DNA of 64,000 bases from Tubiluchus corallicola. Lineage: Eukaryota; Animalia; Priapulida. The stretch lies in NCBI GenBank assembly GCA_030141605.1, contig JAQGDQ010000060.1, forward strand, positions 124,001 to 188,000. Reading direction: 5' to 3'. The position numbers and the translations under genes are program-made. This document shows positions 1 to 13,531 of the stretch, one piece after another (the first letter of the stretch is position 1; the number at the start of each line of letters is the position of its first letter). The notes under the pieces were generated by a model. It saw only the letters and a program-made list of their open reading frames with translations, ran no database searches and was not told the DNA's origin.

Positions 1-2857
1 GATAGTGGTAAGGGTACGAGTCCAGAAAGTGAGCGGGATAAGAGTCCCGAAAACAGTGATAAAGGAAAAAGTCCAAACAGTCTAAAAGATCTTACTGAGT
101 TGGATGAGTGTTTAGACGAGAGTAGTAAAAGTCCAACAACTAGCATAGCGAAAGAACTGTGGCTTGGTGCACATTCTCAAGAGCTTGTGAAAATAGCATT
201 TGCAAATGGACAGCAGTCACTCGCCTCATCGCACCTTGCACCATCATCTGACTATGGTGCTCTTGAGTCGGATAAAGTGGGCAGCAGTGAGTCAGCTGGT
301 AAATTTTACCGAACTTTCTTAGAAACGTTGCCCTCGCATGTGAAATTAAAGGGTATGAATAACATGCTTTCTGCCAAGGCAGGAATGGAAAACACGAGTG
401 AAATAACTACAAATTTAGCTCAAGTCACTGGTAAAAATCCGAAGTCGTTTCTAGCACCTTCTGCAGATTATGGCGTATCAAAAACGGCTTTCCAAAATGT
501 TTTCTTTTCGGACAGTTCTGAATCTCGCACGCAGTATGGGAAATCTTTCTCGTCTGTGCCGAGTGTGGGCAGTAGAACAAGACAGTTAGGCAAAAGTGTT
601 AATTCGTCTACCTTGCGAAAGTCACACACTTCGTATAATCAAACTGGTAACGGTTCCTTGTCAATTTGTGCCAACAGCGGTGGAGATAAAGCTGAGAATA
701 CGGGCTACAATAGTAGTGCTAAATCGTGTGGAATTGCTTCAGTAACGACGACAGTACCCCCTAGCAGTAGAGGGCACCTGCCCCCAAGCTCAACAGTTAA
801 TGGTCCAAGTAGTAACAGCTCAACCATATCTGTGACGGAGATGGTTGCTAGCATATTAAACGCATATAGTGTTATGCAGTCCACTGCAGGCAGTGGTACT
901 TCTGTGAGTAGTTCTGCAAGGGACATTTCAAACAGACATCCACCGCCGGCTTCATTAGCACATTTAAATCCAGCCAGTTGTGAAAATGGAGCACATGTTC
1001 ATCCCAAACATCAGGGATCAGTGCTTGCCGATTTGAGAGGGCAGCATTTGGCAGTGGCTTCTAGTGCCGTGTTAACATCTCCGCTTGGCAAATCCTTAAC
1101 TTCTGATGTTGACGCATCTTCTGGTTCAGCAGCAATGCAGACTTCTACCTCAGCCGCGTGTGTATCCAGTACCATTTCACCTCGATCGCGAACAGCCTTT
1201 TCGAAACCTGCGCCGCTTCGGATTCCAAAAGAACAAATAACTGGGCCGACTCAAGTTGCGTCACCTGTTAATTTAGCGTCAAGTTATCTCTTAGCTGCTG
1301 CCAACCTCACCCAATCAGTGCAAGCATCTATGTCTCTAGCATCTTCGAATTTGTTCGGTCCTTTGTCGCCTCCGCTACCTAAGAAAGGTGGCGGCGGTAA
1401 ATCATCTAGTTCACCGAGAGCCAAAAGTGGAAAAACTGGAAACAAGCGGTCGTCGAGTCCTGGCGCAAGTTCACCTCGTGGTTCACATGCTCACCAGTAC
1501 GGAAACGGCACCAGTCCGCGAGCTTTCGCCGATGCGGGAAAATCTAGTGCAACAGTTGTATCTCATTTAGGTAGTATAAATCACGCAACGTCTCTGATTG
1601 ACAACATACCCCTGCCTAGTATTTCTAGTTCTACGCCAACAACCTCTATTACTAGTGGCCATGCATCGGTATTTGCAACATCAAACACGCTGGCAGATGC
1701 ATGTAAAGACACTGGACCTGAAATAACTGTTTGGAGTTATAATCGCTGCGCATCCGAACAGCATTCACACCATCATCGGGTACCTTTCATTGGTGAAAAC
1801 AATATCCTGTGTGGGTCTCAAGATTCTGAAGTATCCGTGTCCAGTTTTGTTCCGAATGCAACTGACCATGACTACACGCCGCAGTCTGGTGACGATCTGA
1901 CAAAGCAAGAGTCTGAGGAAGTGATTTCTACCACGATCGTTGTCATGTCACCTGTGAAAGACGCTGAAGAGTTCCAGATTGACCTAAAAGAAAAGACGGA
2001 GCCGCTCAAGATAGAAATCCCAACAACTTTGAGCGAGTCTCCATCGATAGACCCGGCAGCTGTACCTGCTGAAACTTCCAAATCTACACCAAGTCCATCT
2101 GTACGCAAAACTCGCTCTACTTCAGCGCCATCCGATGTGGTTTCAACAAGCACTGAAACTCCTACTACTAATTCTATCCCATCCCAGGTAAGCACCCCGA
2201 CCGTCACTCCTCGCTCCAGTCCTCGGAGCACAAAGCGAAAACTTGAACCCGAAGAAAAACTGGAAAAAATTCGATTGGTGAGGAAGACCACCGAGAGCGG
2301 ATCCAACGAGCTGGTAGTGAAGCAGGTGTTTAGCAAACCGCCTGAAACGGAGGAAAGAACAAAGATCTCAAAGAGAAAGTGTTCAGAGAATGCGGCAGAA
2401 TTAATCAAAGCCTGCATAGGCTACGATGAAAAACCAAAACCTCTTAAGCGGGCGGACGACTCAGAAGAAGCCAAGTTAAGAGCAGTCCAAGCAAAAGAGA
2501 AAATTTCTGAAGATCAAATTAGCCAACCAGACTCACCCAAGCAGAACGTTCGGCCGCATCGGTCTTGTAGACGTATTTATGCAGCTTCCGAAGCTGAATC
2601 AAGTGATGATGAGATCATCTTGAGTGAGCTTGTGGGTAAAAAATCTGAGCGCAAAAAACGCGGGAGGTCGTCGGACTCTGATCACGTGCCAGTACTGCCA
2701 CTGAAACCGCAACAGCAACAATTTCAGAGCAACAGCAACAAGAGTAGGCCAAAGATTCGGTCGAATTCGGAGTCGAGCGCAGCTTCAGAAACGGGCAAGG
2801 ATGATAAAGTATTGAATCGGAAAGAAATGCCAAAAACTGCAGAGAAAAGTTTGAGAG
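1..2857 (+). CDS. Large exon (5' end outside the window) of a Ser/Thr-rich, low-complexity, probably nuclear protein; family not recognised
   Basis: Frame open from base 1 (DSGKGTSPESERDKSP...) through the 921-aa ORF; ends at donor AGA G|gtttgt (2857/2858, phase 1). Contains basic NLS-like clusters (RSTKRKLE, KKSERKKRGR) and a DHDY tetrapeptide. Confidence 0.85.
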
Positions 2858-3506
2858 GTTTGTGATTTTCCTTTTTTTTTGCTTTGACATGTAACTCAAG
2901 GCAACATTTTTTTTCTTGCTTTACAGGTGTTTTTGAGACGAGATTGCATTTCTAACTGTACTCATTGAACATATGTAGTTAAGTCTGCCTTTGTTGACTA
3001 CTCACACTCAGTAAGTGCAGCAAATGTACTATTTACCGCACTGCCTATCTTACACACTGTAACCCAGAACTTACGTATACAGTCATACCTTGTTATAATG
3101 ACCCCTTCCCCCCCCCCCATAATATCAGCCTCGTTTAATGCCCGATTTTTGGCAAAACACAATGTATCTATTTGCATAGACAATTAGACATATATGTATT
3201 AATTGACCTCGTTATAATTTGCTCAACGCCAACTTTTTTGCATTCATATCTTTTTAAGCTACAGTCAGTCCCCAAGACTTGACAATCATAGCCATTATTA
3301 TTTATCATGCATATGTGGACACTTGTATTATGAATTCTCCATTTTGTAAGCCACTTTAGAAACTTCGTTTACAAATTTTCTAACAAAATGAAAATGAAAA
3401 AATTGAAATATATGTGTACCCTTTTTAAAATTTTACGTAGTGAGTGTGTATTACTTATATAGGTTTTCTAAGTCTTCAAAACGAATTTTCTTTCTTTGTT
3501 TTACAG

Positions 3507-3626
3507 TTGCCTCTCGTAAAAAGCAGTCGCCGTCGCCAGTTTTGGTAGCAGCTGAACAAAAAGAACAAGTGGATGTCAGCAGTGCGGCATCCACAAAGCG
3601 AACTACTCGATCCAGTGGTGCTAAAG
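3507..3626 (+). CDS. Internal 120-nt exon of gene 1 (VASRKKQSPSPVLV...TKRTTRSSGAK)
   Basis: Polypyrimidine tract + ttacag acceptor, donor AAA G|gtttgt; phase 1-1, matching both neighbours; same composition as the upstream exon. Confidence 0.8.
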
Positions 3627-4746
3627 GTTTGTTTTTGCTTTCTTTTACGCATTAATTTCGTAAAAACTGCTTTAGTGAAGCGTCGTAACACAAGTTAAAT
3701 TTGGCGTACGAATTTTATCTTAGAATGTTTGTCGTGCTTGATACACCTTCTGGACACCTTTTGACACAAAATCTCATATCTCGGTTTGCCGGACCTCGCT
3801 TTTACGGATATCGGAAAATGCGATCAAAATCTGGTCCGTTAAAAGTCCCGCATACTACGGAAACAGTCCGTCATTTCACAAGCTGGCCGTCACTTTGTTT
3901 ACATCACTTACATCTATGTAACCACGTGTATATCTCTTATCGAATCATATAAAAAATATAGAATCGATTATGTGGAGCTATTTGAATCAATAGCTTACAG
4001 TTTTTATATACTTTTGCATAGAAGCTGCCCGTACTAGACATTTTTGACACAGGCGATTAATTCTACATTGCCGTGAGTCTAATACACGGTGCCTACTGTA
4101 TTAGTTTAGTATCGGTAAAGGCAAATTCGGATCGGTGTCTCCCCGCTTTTGTCGGGCAAACCGAGATATGAGTGTATTAAATACATTTACAGTTTGGTAT
4201 TTATTTCTGTAAAGAGCATGTTGTTGCAGTCAAACCTCATTATAATGTCTCCCTTAACGCCCAAATTTTTAGCAGAACAAAAATCTGTGCTTGAATAGAC
4301 CTGTATGTATTAATGCACCTTGTTATAACACAACTTTGTGTTCTTTTTGAATAGAATCCAGAGTGCTTCGTCATCGCACGAGCCAAATCTCCACAAGCCA
4401 CTCTTCCTACCCTTTTGAACATTCTTTTATCCATCACTTCTATCCTTACTTTGCACAACTACATTGCCTAAAACCTTTGGTTTTTTTTGTTCTTTTTTTC
4501 TCATTAGTTGGACGTGTTTATAATGGTGCAAGCACCTAACAAGTTTTACTTCTGGTTCTTGCCATTTATTATATGCACGCTGTCATATAATCATTATTAT
4601 TAATATCTATTTTTTCCCAATGTTTCTTGATATTATATTTGTATTTACACTTCCATATAAGTAGGCAGTATAAAGAGGTATGACTGTAGATAATTTGAAG
4701 ATATCTTTATGTGGTTGGTGACTAGTTACACATGCATTTTTTTCAG

Positions 4747-4790
4747 TAGAGAGCCATCCATTGCCACCCAAGAGAGTTCGGAGGAGGTGA
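4747..4790 (+). CDS. Terminal coding exon of gene 1 (VESHPLPPKRVRRR*)
   Basis: ttttttcag acceptor, phase 1, ends in an NLS-like PPKRVRRR and TGA; followed by AT-rich UTR-like sequence with AATAAA motifs. Confidence 0.7.
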
Positions 4791-5606
4791 GGTATGGCTT
4801 GCAACATCTCCCACTTATTGATGAATGTATAACCCTCCGAATCTGGAGCACCACTCAACAGCATTGCTGAGACAAAAGTAATAATAAGTCTGGGTGCGTT
4901 TGTCACTCAAGCCGGTATGAGTGTAACGAACTGGACGAATAACATATTTTTTATTAAATCAACAAGAGAAATAATGATGCAAGTGTGCAATAATAAATTT
5001 ATAAATCTGTGGACCGTTTTTGTGATATTTTACTGAGCACGTGCGCAAACCCGTTCCGCACGGCCTGTTATTATTTTCGTGTTTATATTGTGTCATAGTC
5101 GATGAATTTATTGTTCATAGTTTTGACTTAATATAGAATTTTGAAGATGTTTTCCTCGATTATAGAGTTACTTTCTACTGACTGAAGTACAAATTATGTG
5201 CAGCATTTGCAGTGATTGTAAATACATGAGAAATGTAAAAAAACCTTAGCCTCTTATATTATACATGTTATGGGCACAGATTATCAGCTTGTCCTCGGCT
5301 AGACTTATCTGCTGTACATAATTTTTGATTACTAGTATAAGGGTCTACTATTACTTTTTGGTCAAGAGTATTAATTGTGTTGTTAACCTGTTATCAAGCA
5401 GCCCGTTCATTTATTTCTGCACCATGATAAGTGAATGGGTCCTGCATTTAATGCCAGTGTAAATAGATTGTATTGTTTTAGGCGCGTTAATTAGCGCTGC
5501 ATTTATATTAGTGATTTCTCCACCTTCTAGCAGAAAATAAATTAAATGCATTAAAATCTCTTAACGGTGATGGACACAAATTTATTTTTACACTTACGGC
5601 AATAAC

Positions 5607-5922
5607 TAGTGGGGCGTAGCCAGTTCTAAAATTAGGGGGAGCAAGGACATAAACCAAGCTTACCGTGACGCATACCAAGCAATTTTTAACGCATTAATTA
5701 TACAATTTAATTTTGTGTTTAAAATCAAGACACGAGAAAGATACAGTTTTAAACGAAATACATAATACCGACTCCAGAAAATTCTTCTAACACATGCGAT
5801 TAAAAAAACGATTCAACTTTTATCGCACAAGTGAACTAGAGAGCTAGAAAAATGTAAAGAAGTTGCCAGCTCTTTGAAATGCAGTTGCCCCTCCCTTTGC
5901 TCCCCTATTTGCTATGCCACTG
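5607..5922. mobile_element. Degenerate MITE (agtggggcgtagc...gctatgccactg ends)
   Basis: Imperfect terminal inverted repeats with inner agggggagcaa / ttgctcccct complementary motifs. Confidence 0.45.
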
Positions 5923-6426
5923 ATAACCAAATTTGTTCATTTGGGTTGTACAAGTTTTGAAAGTGTGTTAATTGCTTTTTTCGTATGTTCAGAATTTCAT
6001 TTTCCTCACATAAATAATTGCATAAGTCGCAGATTAATTGAATTTCATCTATTGTTGTTCTTAATTGTCATTATGCGAATGGTTTTTCACGTGCGTGTAA
6101 AGTAATGTCATTGCTATTAAATGTAGCGCCTTTGTGCATGTAAAACAACTTCGGTACGTAGAAATAGTTCTTAAAAGCTTTGTAATCTAAGTTGCAAATT
6201 GCATGTCTATGTATACTGGATTTCACAGACTGATGGTTTTCCATGTTGACTTATTTTAGTGTATAAAATAATACATACTCCAATACTACACGTGTAGGAA
6301 TTTTTGCGTTTTCACTGTAAATGACTCGTGACGTTGCACTTCATAAATGGTTTAGAATTGCTAGATTTGTGAGTGTAGTCATAGAAAATGCTGCAAAGTG
6401 TCTTACAAAAACACCTTTTGTGGCAT

Positions 6427-6935
6427 TTAATACAGTCTAACATCGTTATATTGCCACCATTTACAGTGCCATCCTCATTTATGCCCAATATTTTAGTATT
6501 AATACAGTCAAACATTGTTATATCATCACCATTTATAGTGCCAACCTCACTTTATGCCCAATATTTTAGTATTAATACAGTCAAACATTGTTATATCATC
6601 ACCATTTATAGTGCCAACCTCACTTTATGCCCAATATTTTAGTATTAATACAGTCAAACATCGTTATATCACCACCATTTATAGTGCCATCCTCACTTTA
6701 TGCCCAATATTTTAGTATTAATACAGTCAAACATCGTTATATCATCACCATTTATAGTGCCAACCTCATTTATGCCCAATATTTTAGTATTAATACAGTC
6801 AAACATCGTTATATCATCACCATTTATAGTGCCATCCTCACTTTATGCCCAATATTTTAGTATTAATACAGTCAAACATCGTTATATCATCACCATTTAT
6901 AGTGCCATCCTCACTTTATGCCCAAATTTTTAGTA
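6427..6935. repeat. Minisatellite, 73-bp unit, ~7 copies
   Basis: Unit ttaatacagtcaaacatcgttatatcatcaccatttatagtgccaacctcactttatgcccaatattttagta recurring at 72-73 bp spacing. Confidence 0.95.
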
Positions 6936-9900
6936 AAACAACATGTCTATATCCACATACGTATTAATGCCAAACTTGTTATAACACCAACTTTTTTTGC
7001 AGTCCCAAAGTGGATGGGATAACGAGGATTGGCTGTAGTTATCATGAATGTTTATTTGAAGTGCAACGTTGCCAAACTGTCTCCACAAGAACTCCTTCAC
7101 AAAAACTTGAGTTCTGATAATTAAAAAACTGGCTGTGAAATTAAAAAAAAACATTACAAGACACTCAGTGATAACAGCTTCTGGTGTTTTACAGACTTAA
7201 CAACTACAAAAATAAAATAAAATGAACCGTTTTATTGTCATATCAGAATTATTTAATAAAGAGGAAAATCGCAGTGAACAATAAATAAACTTTCAACTTT
7301 GCATGTACAAAACCAATCAAAGCCGCATCGACCGGTCTCAATACACTTGCCGGTTTCACCACACAATTAGCTACGATAACCGACAATCGGGCAAGTGATT
7401 CATGCAAAGCATTTTTACATGTCTAATGTATCGGTAACTACATTTATAAAAATTAATAAAACAAATGTACTGCCTCCTGGTGAAACTAACGTTATTTTAA
7501 TGATTTGTAACATCATTTGTTAGTAAATGTAACAATTATTTTCATATCTCCGATTTGGCCATCGGTGTACAGACAATACACAAAACTCTTCGTACTTTCT
7601 ATTCCTCACCAACGCAAAACACAAGAACTATAGACACACTTTGAACTATTAACTTCTTTTGCTAAGATTCATAAACTTTAATTCGCTAGTCTGCCTCTCA
7701 ACTGAATTTTTAACGAACATTTTATATCGCTCTGCATAGTGAGAGAGACTGGTAGTTACTGAAAGGGTTGAACCTTGATGCTGATGCAAACCAGCACCAA
7801 GTTCATATATTAAATTTATTTGATATGCACTTTCTTATAATAAAGAATTAAAAAGTCTACCAAGTGCACAAGCAATAAGCATGCCACTTTAGTGAGCCAA
7901 AAACCATCTGACATTTTTTCTTACATTTTCATTGACAAAAAAATGTCTATAAAACTTCAGCATTTACACACAAACATTGGTTTAAATAATACAAGTTTAG
8001 TTTTGAGAATGGGAGTACTATTTCACTGTGGAAGCCAAATAATAAGAACATTAACAGCAATAGTAAATGTAATTATTTTAGTTTAGTTAGCCGGAGTTTC
8101 TATGGAAACCAGGAGCCAGAAGCCGGATTCACTAACAAGCTCATATGAATTTTTGAAAGAAACTTCGTAGGATTTTTAGTTGTTTTCAAGAAGTTACGAT
8201 CGCATATGATAAGCTTCTTAGGTTATAGAAGCTTTGCGAATTCCATTGTAAACCTAAGCATGCTCTCACGAATAAAACAGTTCGTAAGAAGCTTTGTGAA
8301 TCAAGCCCCGGGAATCCTAAAATATCTGTGTTATAACAAACCAGTGTGTTAATAAACACCTGTTCATATTAGTTCTTATATTTATTGTAGACATCAGACA
8401 AACAGGTTACTAATGTAAGAGAAATCTGCTTCAAGACAAGTGCAACAGGCTGTTTAGAAGATTTTACTAGACACAAATATGCTAATGTGTCAACTAATGG
8501 TTTCTGTCAGTTGCTATTTCTATACATAAAGATTATGTAACGTCAAAACTGAGAAGTTTCTCAATATGAAAACAATGCTTTGCTCAGTGTATCCAAACAA
8601 CAGAAAACAACAAAGGTTCTATTACATCACCTTGAACAGTAACGATTACGGCAGTTCATTAAAATTACAGAAAAAGAAACAAGCTTTTACGTTGGCGAAC
8701 TTTGGCATGTTTGCATCAAAGTTTATATCATTGCCACAAGCGTTGTTTTTGACTTGCTGTAAATGAATTTTAGTCGATGTAATGTGCAACAAGCCAGCTA
8801 CACGTATAAAAGTCTAGATTTAAATGTGGCACATTCTACTTTTTCTTCTGTAATCCTAATAAATTGGCCGTGACAGTTAGACTGGCGTTAACGTTATCTG
8901 CACAAATAAATGCTCATTAGTCCTTTCATTATTTTGCTGATTGTTATACACAGTTTTTTTAACATTTTCTCTATAAATTGCACGCGTGCAATGCTAAAAC
9001 AAACGCGCTATGTACTTTTATTAGAAGCACAAATAATACCTTCAATTCTTACGAAGTTTTAACAACAAAAATATTATGATGATGAGCCACAAATTACTCA
9101 AATTTCTACTCAATCGAGTATCTCTCGACCAGTAATCAGAAAACAATAATGATTATAAAAACACAAAAAAATGCAGAGCTACTGTGATTAAGAAAACTGT
9201 AGCTCAAATTTAATGATAATCAGTGCTATAAGATTAACACACTAGCAACCAAACAATTTAATAACAAGGGACGGCATTTTCGTGTTTTAGAAACGGCAGT
9301 ACTGTTTTACTAAATTTTCAGTTTACTTCCGTGAGATATATCTGATAAGATATCTAATTCATGTTTGAGAAATCTGGTAATGTACCAGTAGTGTACATTT
9401 TTAGGCGTCAACCCCATTAAAAACAATTTTGCTGGCAAACTTACAAATTTGATTTTTTTAAGCGGTGTACATTTTTAGGCATTAAACTCATTACGAAAAC
9501 TTTTGAGGGCAATATTACAAATTTGATTTTTTAAGACACAGAGATCTAAATTAAACTGCTGGAATATTGTAACAGAAAACATTTTCCCAAATATTCCAGT
9601 GGTTCAGGGTAACAGGGAGTTAATAACAACAATTAGAATTTTTAATTCTCATTTGCACCAGCTTTGCTGCAACGCCGACGAAACCGCTATTCCTCTTTCA
9701 GCTTCCGTACTGAAATCCAGTGAACTTTATGTTTAAACTTTATCAAGCCGCCTTAATAAGCTCGGCCAATTTCTAACAAATCTTCACTTTGCCTTGTTAA
9801 GTTGCTAACACACACTAAATCTGAACGAAGTATGACAGAGCAAAATAATGCTCAACAAATGACTTCTGCCTATTATGATGACAGACAATATGGCTGCTAA

Positions 9901-10316
9901 CAGCATTTACATGGCAAAACAACTGTAAGCACATCGAAAAATTGCAAAGATTTTACACTGCTACAAAAATTTCCTAACTCGATATCATGTACAAATGTGT
10001 TTGTTCACTTATTAGTACAATGTTATTGAATTATTTCCAAGCATGTGAAACTGACTCGCAAACGTGCCTGCTTTGTGCATATACACGGAATTCTTTTACA
10101 GATTCTAGCCCTAAATTAACCATGTAACAGTCATCTACCAAACAGCCTGATCCTGGTTTGTTATTACAAAAAAAAAGATAGAAAAAATTCTGCATGAAAA
10201 GTTTGACAGCAAATTGTAACCCTCTCACATTGGCCACACGAAAATGTTCTTGTTAATACACCGTCACCTCTGATAACATAACCGAAGAATAACTTGATCT
10301 TTTTAATAGTCAAAAC

Positions 10317-11445
10317 CAGTGGCGGCTTGTTTATAGGCACAGTGAAACTGCAGCGCCCCCTATATTAGCAATAACGTTCAATATGACGAGTGTTTTTTAC
10401 ACCTGTACATACTTGTAAATCCGTGTGCGGAACCAGAGCACGTGAGGGAACTGTGTGCTTTATAGTTCCAGCAACCCGGTGTTTGGCTGTGCACATGTCC
10501 GAGATAAGAAGCTGCATGCTAAGTAAAGAGAGCACTGCTGCTCAAGCAGCGCCACAGTTCAAGCAACGCGATGTTTGGCTGTTGTGCGCATGCGGCTATA
10601 TGCACATGTCCGAGATAAGAAGGTGCATGCTAAGGAGAGAGTGCTCAGCCAGCGCCGACACTCTAATGCAAGTACAGTGGACTCTCGTTACAAGAATCAC
10701 ACGTATAAGAATCAGCTCGATATAAGAATCAAAATCGCGTTTCCCGAATTGAATCTGTATTTTCCTAGTGAAAATCTGCTCGTATAAGAATCACCCTTCT
10801 TTCGATAGTAGAATCAATTTTGGCGCCAACTCCATTGTCTCTCATGCCCTGCTTACATGGTTCTGCGCAGTGGGCGTGGCGGACACCACAGAGATTTCAA
10901 ATTTGTTTGTTTTATGACAAAAATTATGTGCATTAAAAAAATTTTAAGGCAATTCTGGCATCATGAAATATTTACCCAACCATGAAATAAAAACATTAGT
11001 CTAGCAATTTTTAGGTTCTTTTTAGTCCAGAAAAACATTATGCTGTTTCATGTCGTTTCTAGCGTAATTTCGGGAAATAAATAATTTTTACGTGCATAAA
11101 ATTTTTTAAAGCAATTCTGGGTCATGCTCGTTATAAGAATCACTTTGCCTTCTCCCGAGGTGATTCTTATAACGAGAGTCCACTGTAGTGCTTCTTTTTG
11201 ACTCAGAGTGTGTTATGCTTAAAAACCATGTACCATATTCTTGAATGTGCCAAAGTGCAGAATTAGACGATTATCATGTTTCCAGCTATTCTATTTAATT
11301 CATAGTTTTTCGGTTTTTTATTTTACAGAAAATTTAATCATGGCCTCCTTGCAACCCCAAGAAACAAGAAATACACAATATTAAAACAATAGTAAACATT
11401 TTCCGAAGCACCACCCCCTCTAATCTTAGCTGCAAGCCGCCACTG
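10317..11445. mobile_element. Non-autonomous DNA transposon (TIR cagtggcggcttg) carrying a nested MITE
   Basis: cagtggcggcttg at 10317 and caagccgccactg ending at 11445; no clean TSD seen. Confidence 0.7.
10675..11185. mobile_element. Tc1/mariner-type MITE nested in the previous element
   Basis: TA|cagtggactctcgtta ... taacgagagtccactg|TA; TA target duplication; internal ataagaatca repeats. Confidence 0.85.
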
Positions 11446-12272
11446 GTCCTGGGCAAAAATCGAAAAAAATTCACTGCAGATTAGATTAACAAACTGAACG
11501 ATCAGATGTCGTGCTTAGCTGCAAAATTGTAGCAACAAAAACTTTATTTTCTGTAGATGTTAACAAATGTGTAAAACTCTAAAACAAGTGCAAAACTAGA
11601 ACAGGATTTGAAAAATAAAGGTCAGAAAAATAAGCCTGATGTGCATACAATAACGAAAGACCCGATTAAATGAAACGTAGCACAAATTACTGGTTTTAAA
11701 TGATTCTATTCAAACACTCGATTAAACAGTAATCTGGCATACCATATCATGGTCAAGCAGCAGAAATTTGTTCACTTTGCTGAGTATTCACCCAAGCAAG
11801 AATTCAAATCGGCTAAAATTAAACCAAATCATAGTGACGACAACACAAGAACTAAGCCTTTGAATTTACAATTCGTACAGATTCAGATTAAAGTTAGATG
11901 AGCACGGGAAAGCAGTGGTTTTAGTGGCCAAGTGGTCATTCATACAGACAACTGTATTCAAATGGTTATTTATCTATCGCTGATAATTAAATATTCATCA
12001 CACACACAGAGCATTACAATGGTGAACACAAAAGACCGATGTGCGAGCATTTATACAATTGCTTGCGTCAGACAACGGGTCCAGCCACTGGACATTCGTT
12101 GACCAAAAAATCTACATCACTATGCCTGTACACAAACAGCAGAGCACCTGGAAGCATAAGTAATTATCATTTTAAACATTATAAGGTACAGGCTATATAC
12201 ATACAAAATTATACATGTTTTCCAAAAAAAAACAGTAATAATATAGTAAATGCCCAGCTATAACTCACTTTT

Positions 12273-13531
12273 GTTTGTCCATAATTGCACTTTTGGTTAA
12301 GTGTAGTGAAACATATTACATTCTTAGCTGAAATTTCGGATAATTCTCAGTAGCATATTTCCGAGCTTTTACTAGTATTTATCCAATTTAGCTTTTCTTT
12401 TCTTCTAGACGTCAAAAACCACTAAATAATCTTGGCTAAATTAGTTCAAACAAGGCAAAATTTTTGTTTACGTAACAGCTTGTGATATACTTTTACCAGC
12501 AATGAGGCGTATCTTCAGTGCTGACGCCTGTGATGTTTTAGTGTCTCCAGGCCCAGTCAACCGAAATATCAAACCATGTTAGAATTTACTTGAGCAAAAT
12601 GACAACAATCACGAACAAAAAAGTACTCGGTGAGAGTTTTCTAGATTTGGGCAAGTGTGGCAAAGACGGAAGATTTGATGACACTGCTAATGAAACTACT
12701 ACTACATTCTTGAAAGAAATGAAGACGAATAAATGGAGAAGAACAAAAAAGTTGCCCGAGAGAGCGCCTGAGAAGGACACTAAGGAGATCTCAAACAGGG
12801 CACAAATGAATGCAGGGGTGATGAATTTATGAGGAGATACAACCGAAATCTAGGAAACCGACACCGAAAAGAAACGGAACCGAAACATTTTTGCAAAACT
12901 AAATCTGAAAAGAAGAAAATTCTAAAATACATAAAGTATTTTGTTTTTGTTTAGTTTGATTTGATGTGATGCAAAATTACTGATAAAAAATTCTAATACG
13001 AAAAAGACAAGAGAGTTTTATAGTGTAGAATCTCCAATCTGATGGAGCGGCTTGCCTTTGAAAATGTGCTATAATGTTTTTTTTAAACATTTAGGTATCC
13101 TAAATGAATGTTTAAAGATCACAATGCTTCATTCAAAAAAACAAATTTTATTTTGTAGATATTTTGTTGCCTATATTTCATAAATTATTAAATTAAACTT
13201 GTGATTTTGCTCAAGTAAATTCAAACGTGGTTTGATATTTCGGTTGACTGGGCCTGGAGACACTAAAACATCACAGTCGTCAGGACTGAAGATACGCCTC
13301 ATTGCTGGTAAAAGCATATCACAAGCTGTTACGTAAACGAAAATTTTGCCTTGTTTGAACTAATTTAGCCAAGATTTTTTAGTGGTTTTTGACGTCTAGA
13401 AGAAAAGAAAAGCTAAATTGGATAAATACTAGTAAAAGCTCGGAAATATGCTACTGAGAATTATCCGAAGTTTCAGCTAAGAATGTAATAAATTTCACTA
13501 CACTTAACCGAAAGTGCAATTATGGACAAAC
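12273..13531. repeat. Long inverted repeat: ~333-bp arms (12273-12605 and 13199-13531), few mismatches, ~590-bp spacer
   Basis: gtttgtccataattgcactt...tgagcaaaatgacaa is the reverse complement of ttgtgattttgctcaag...gtgcaattatggacaaac. Confidence 0.95.

Noticed and set aside
1872-2417. 181-aa minus-strand ORF
   Set aside because: Antisense shadow of the long coding exon of gene 1.
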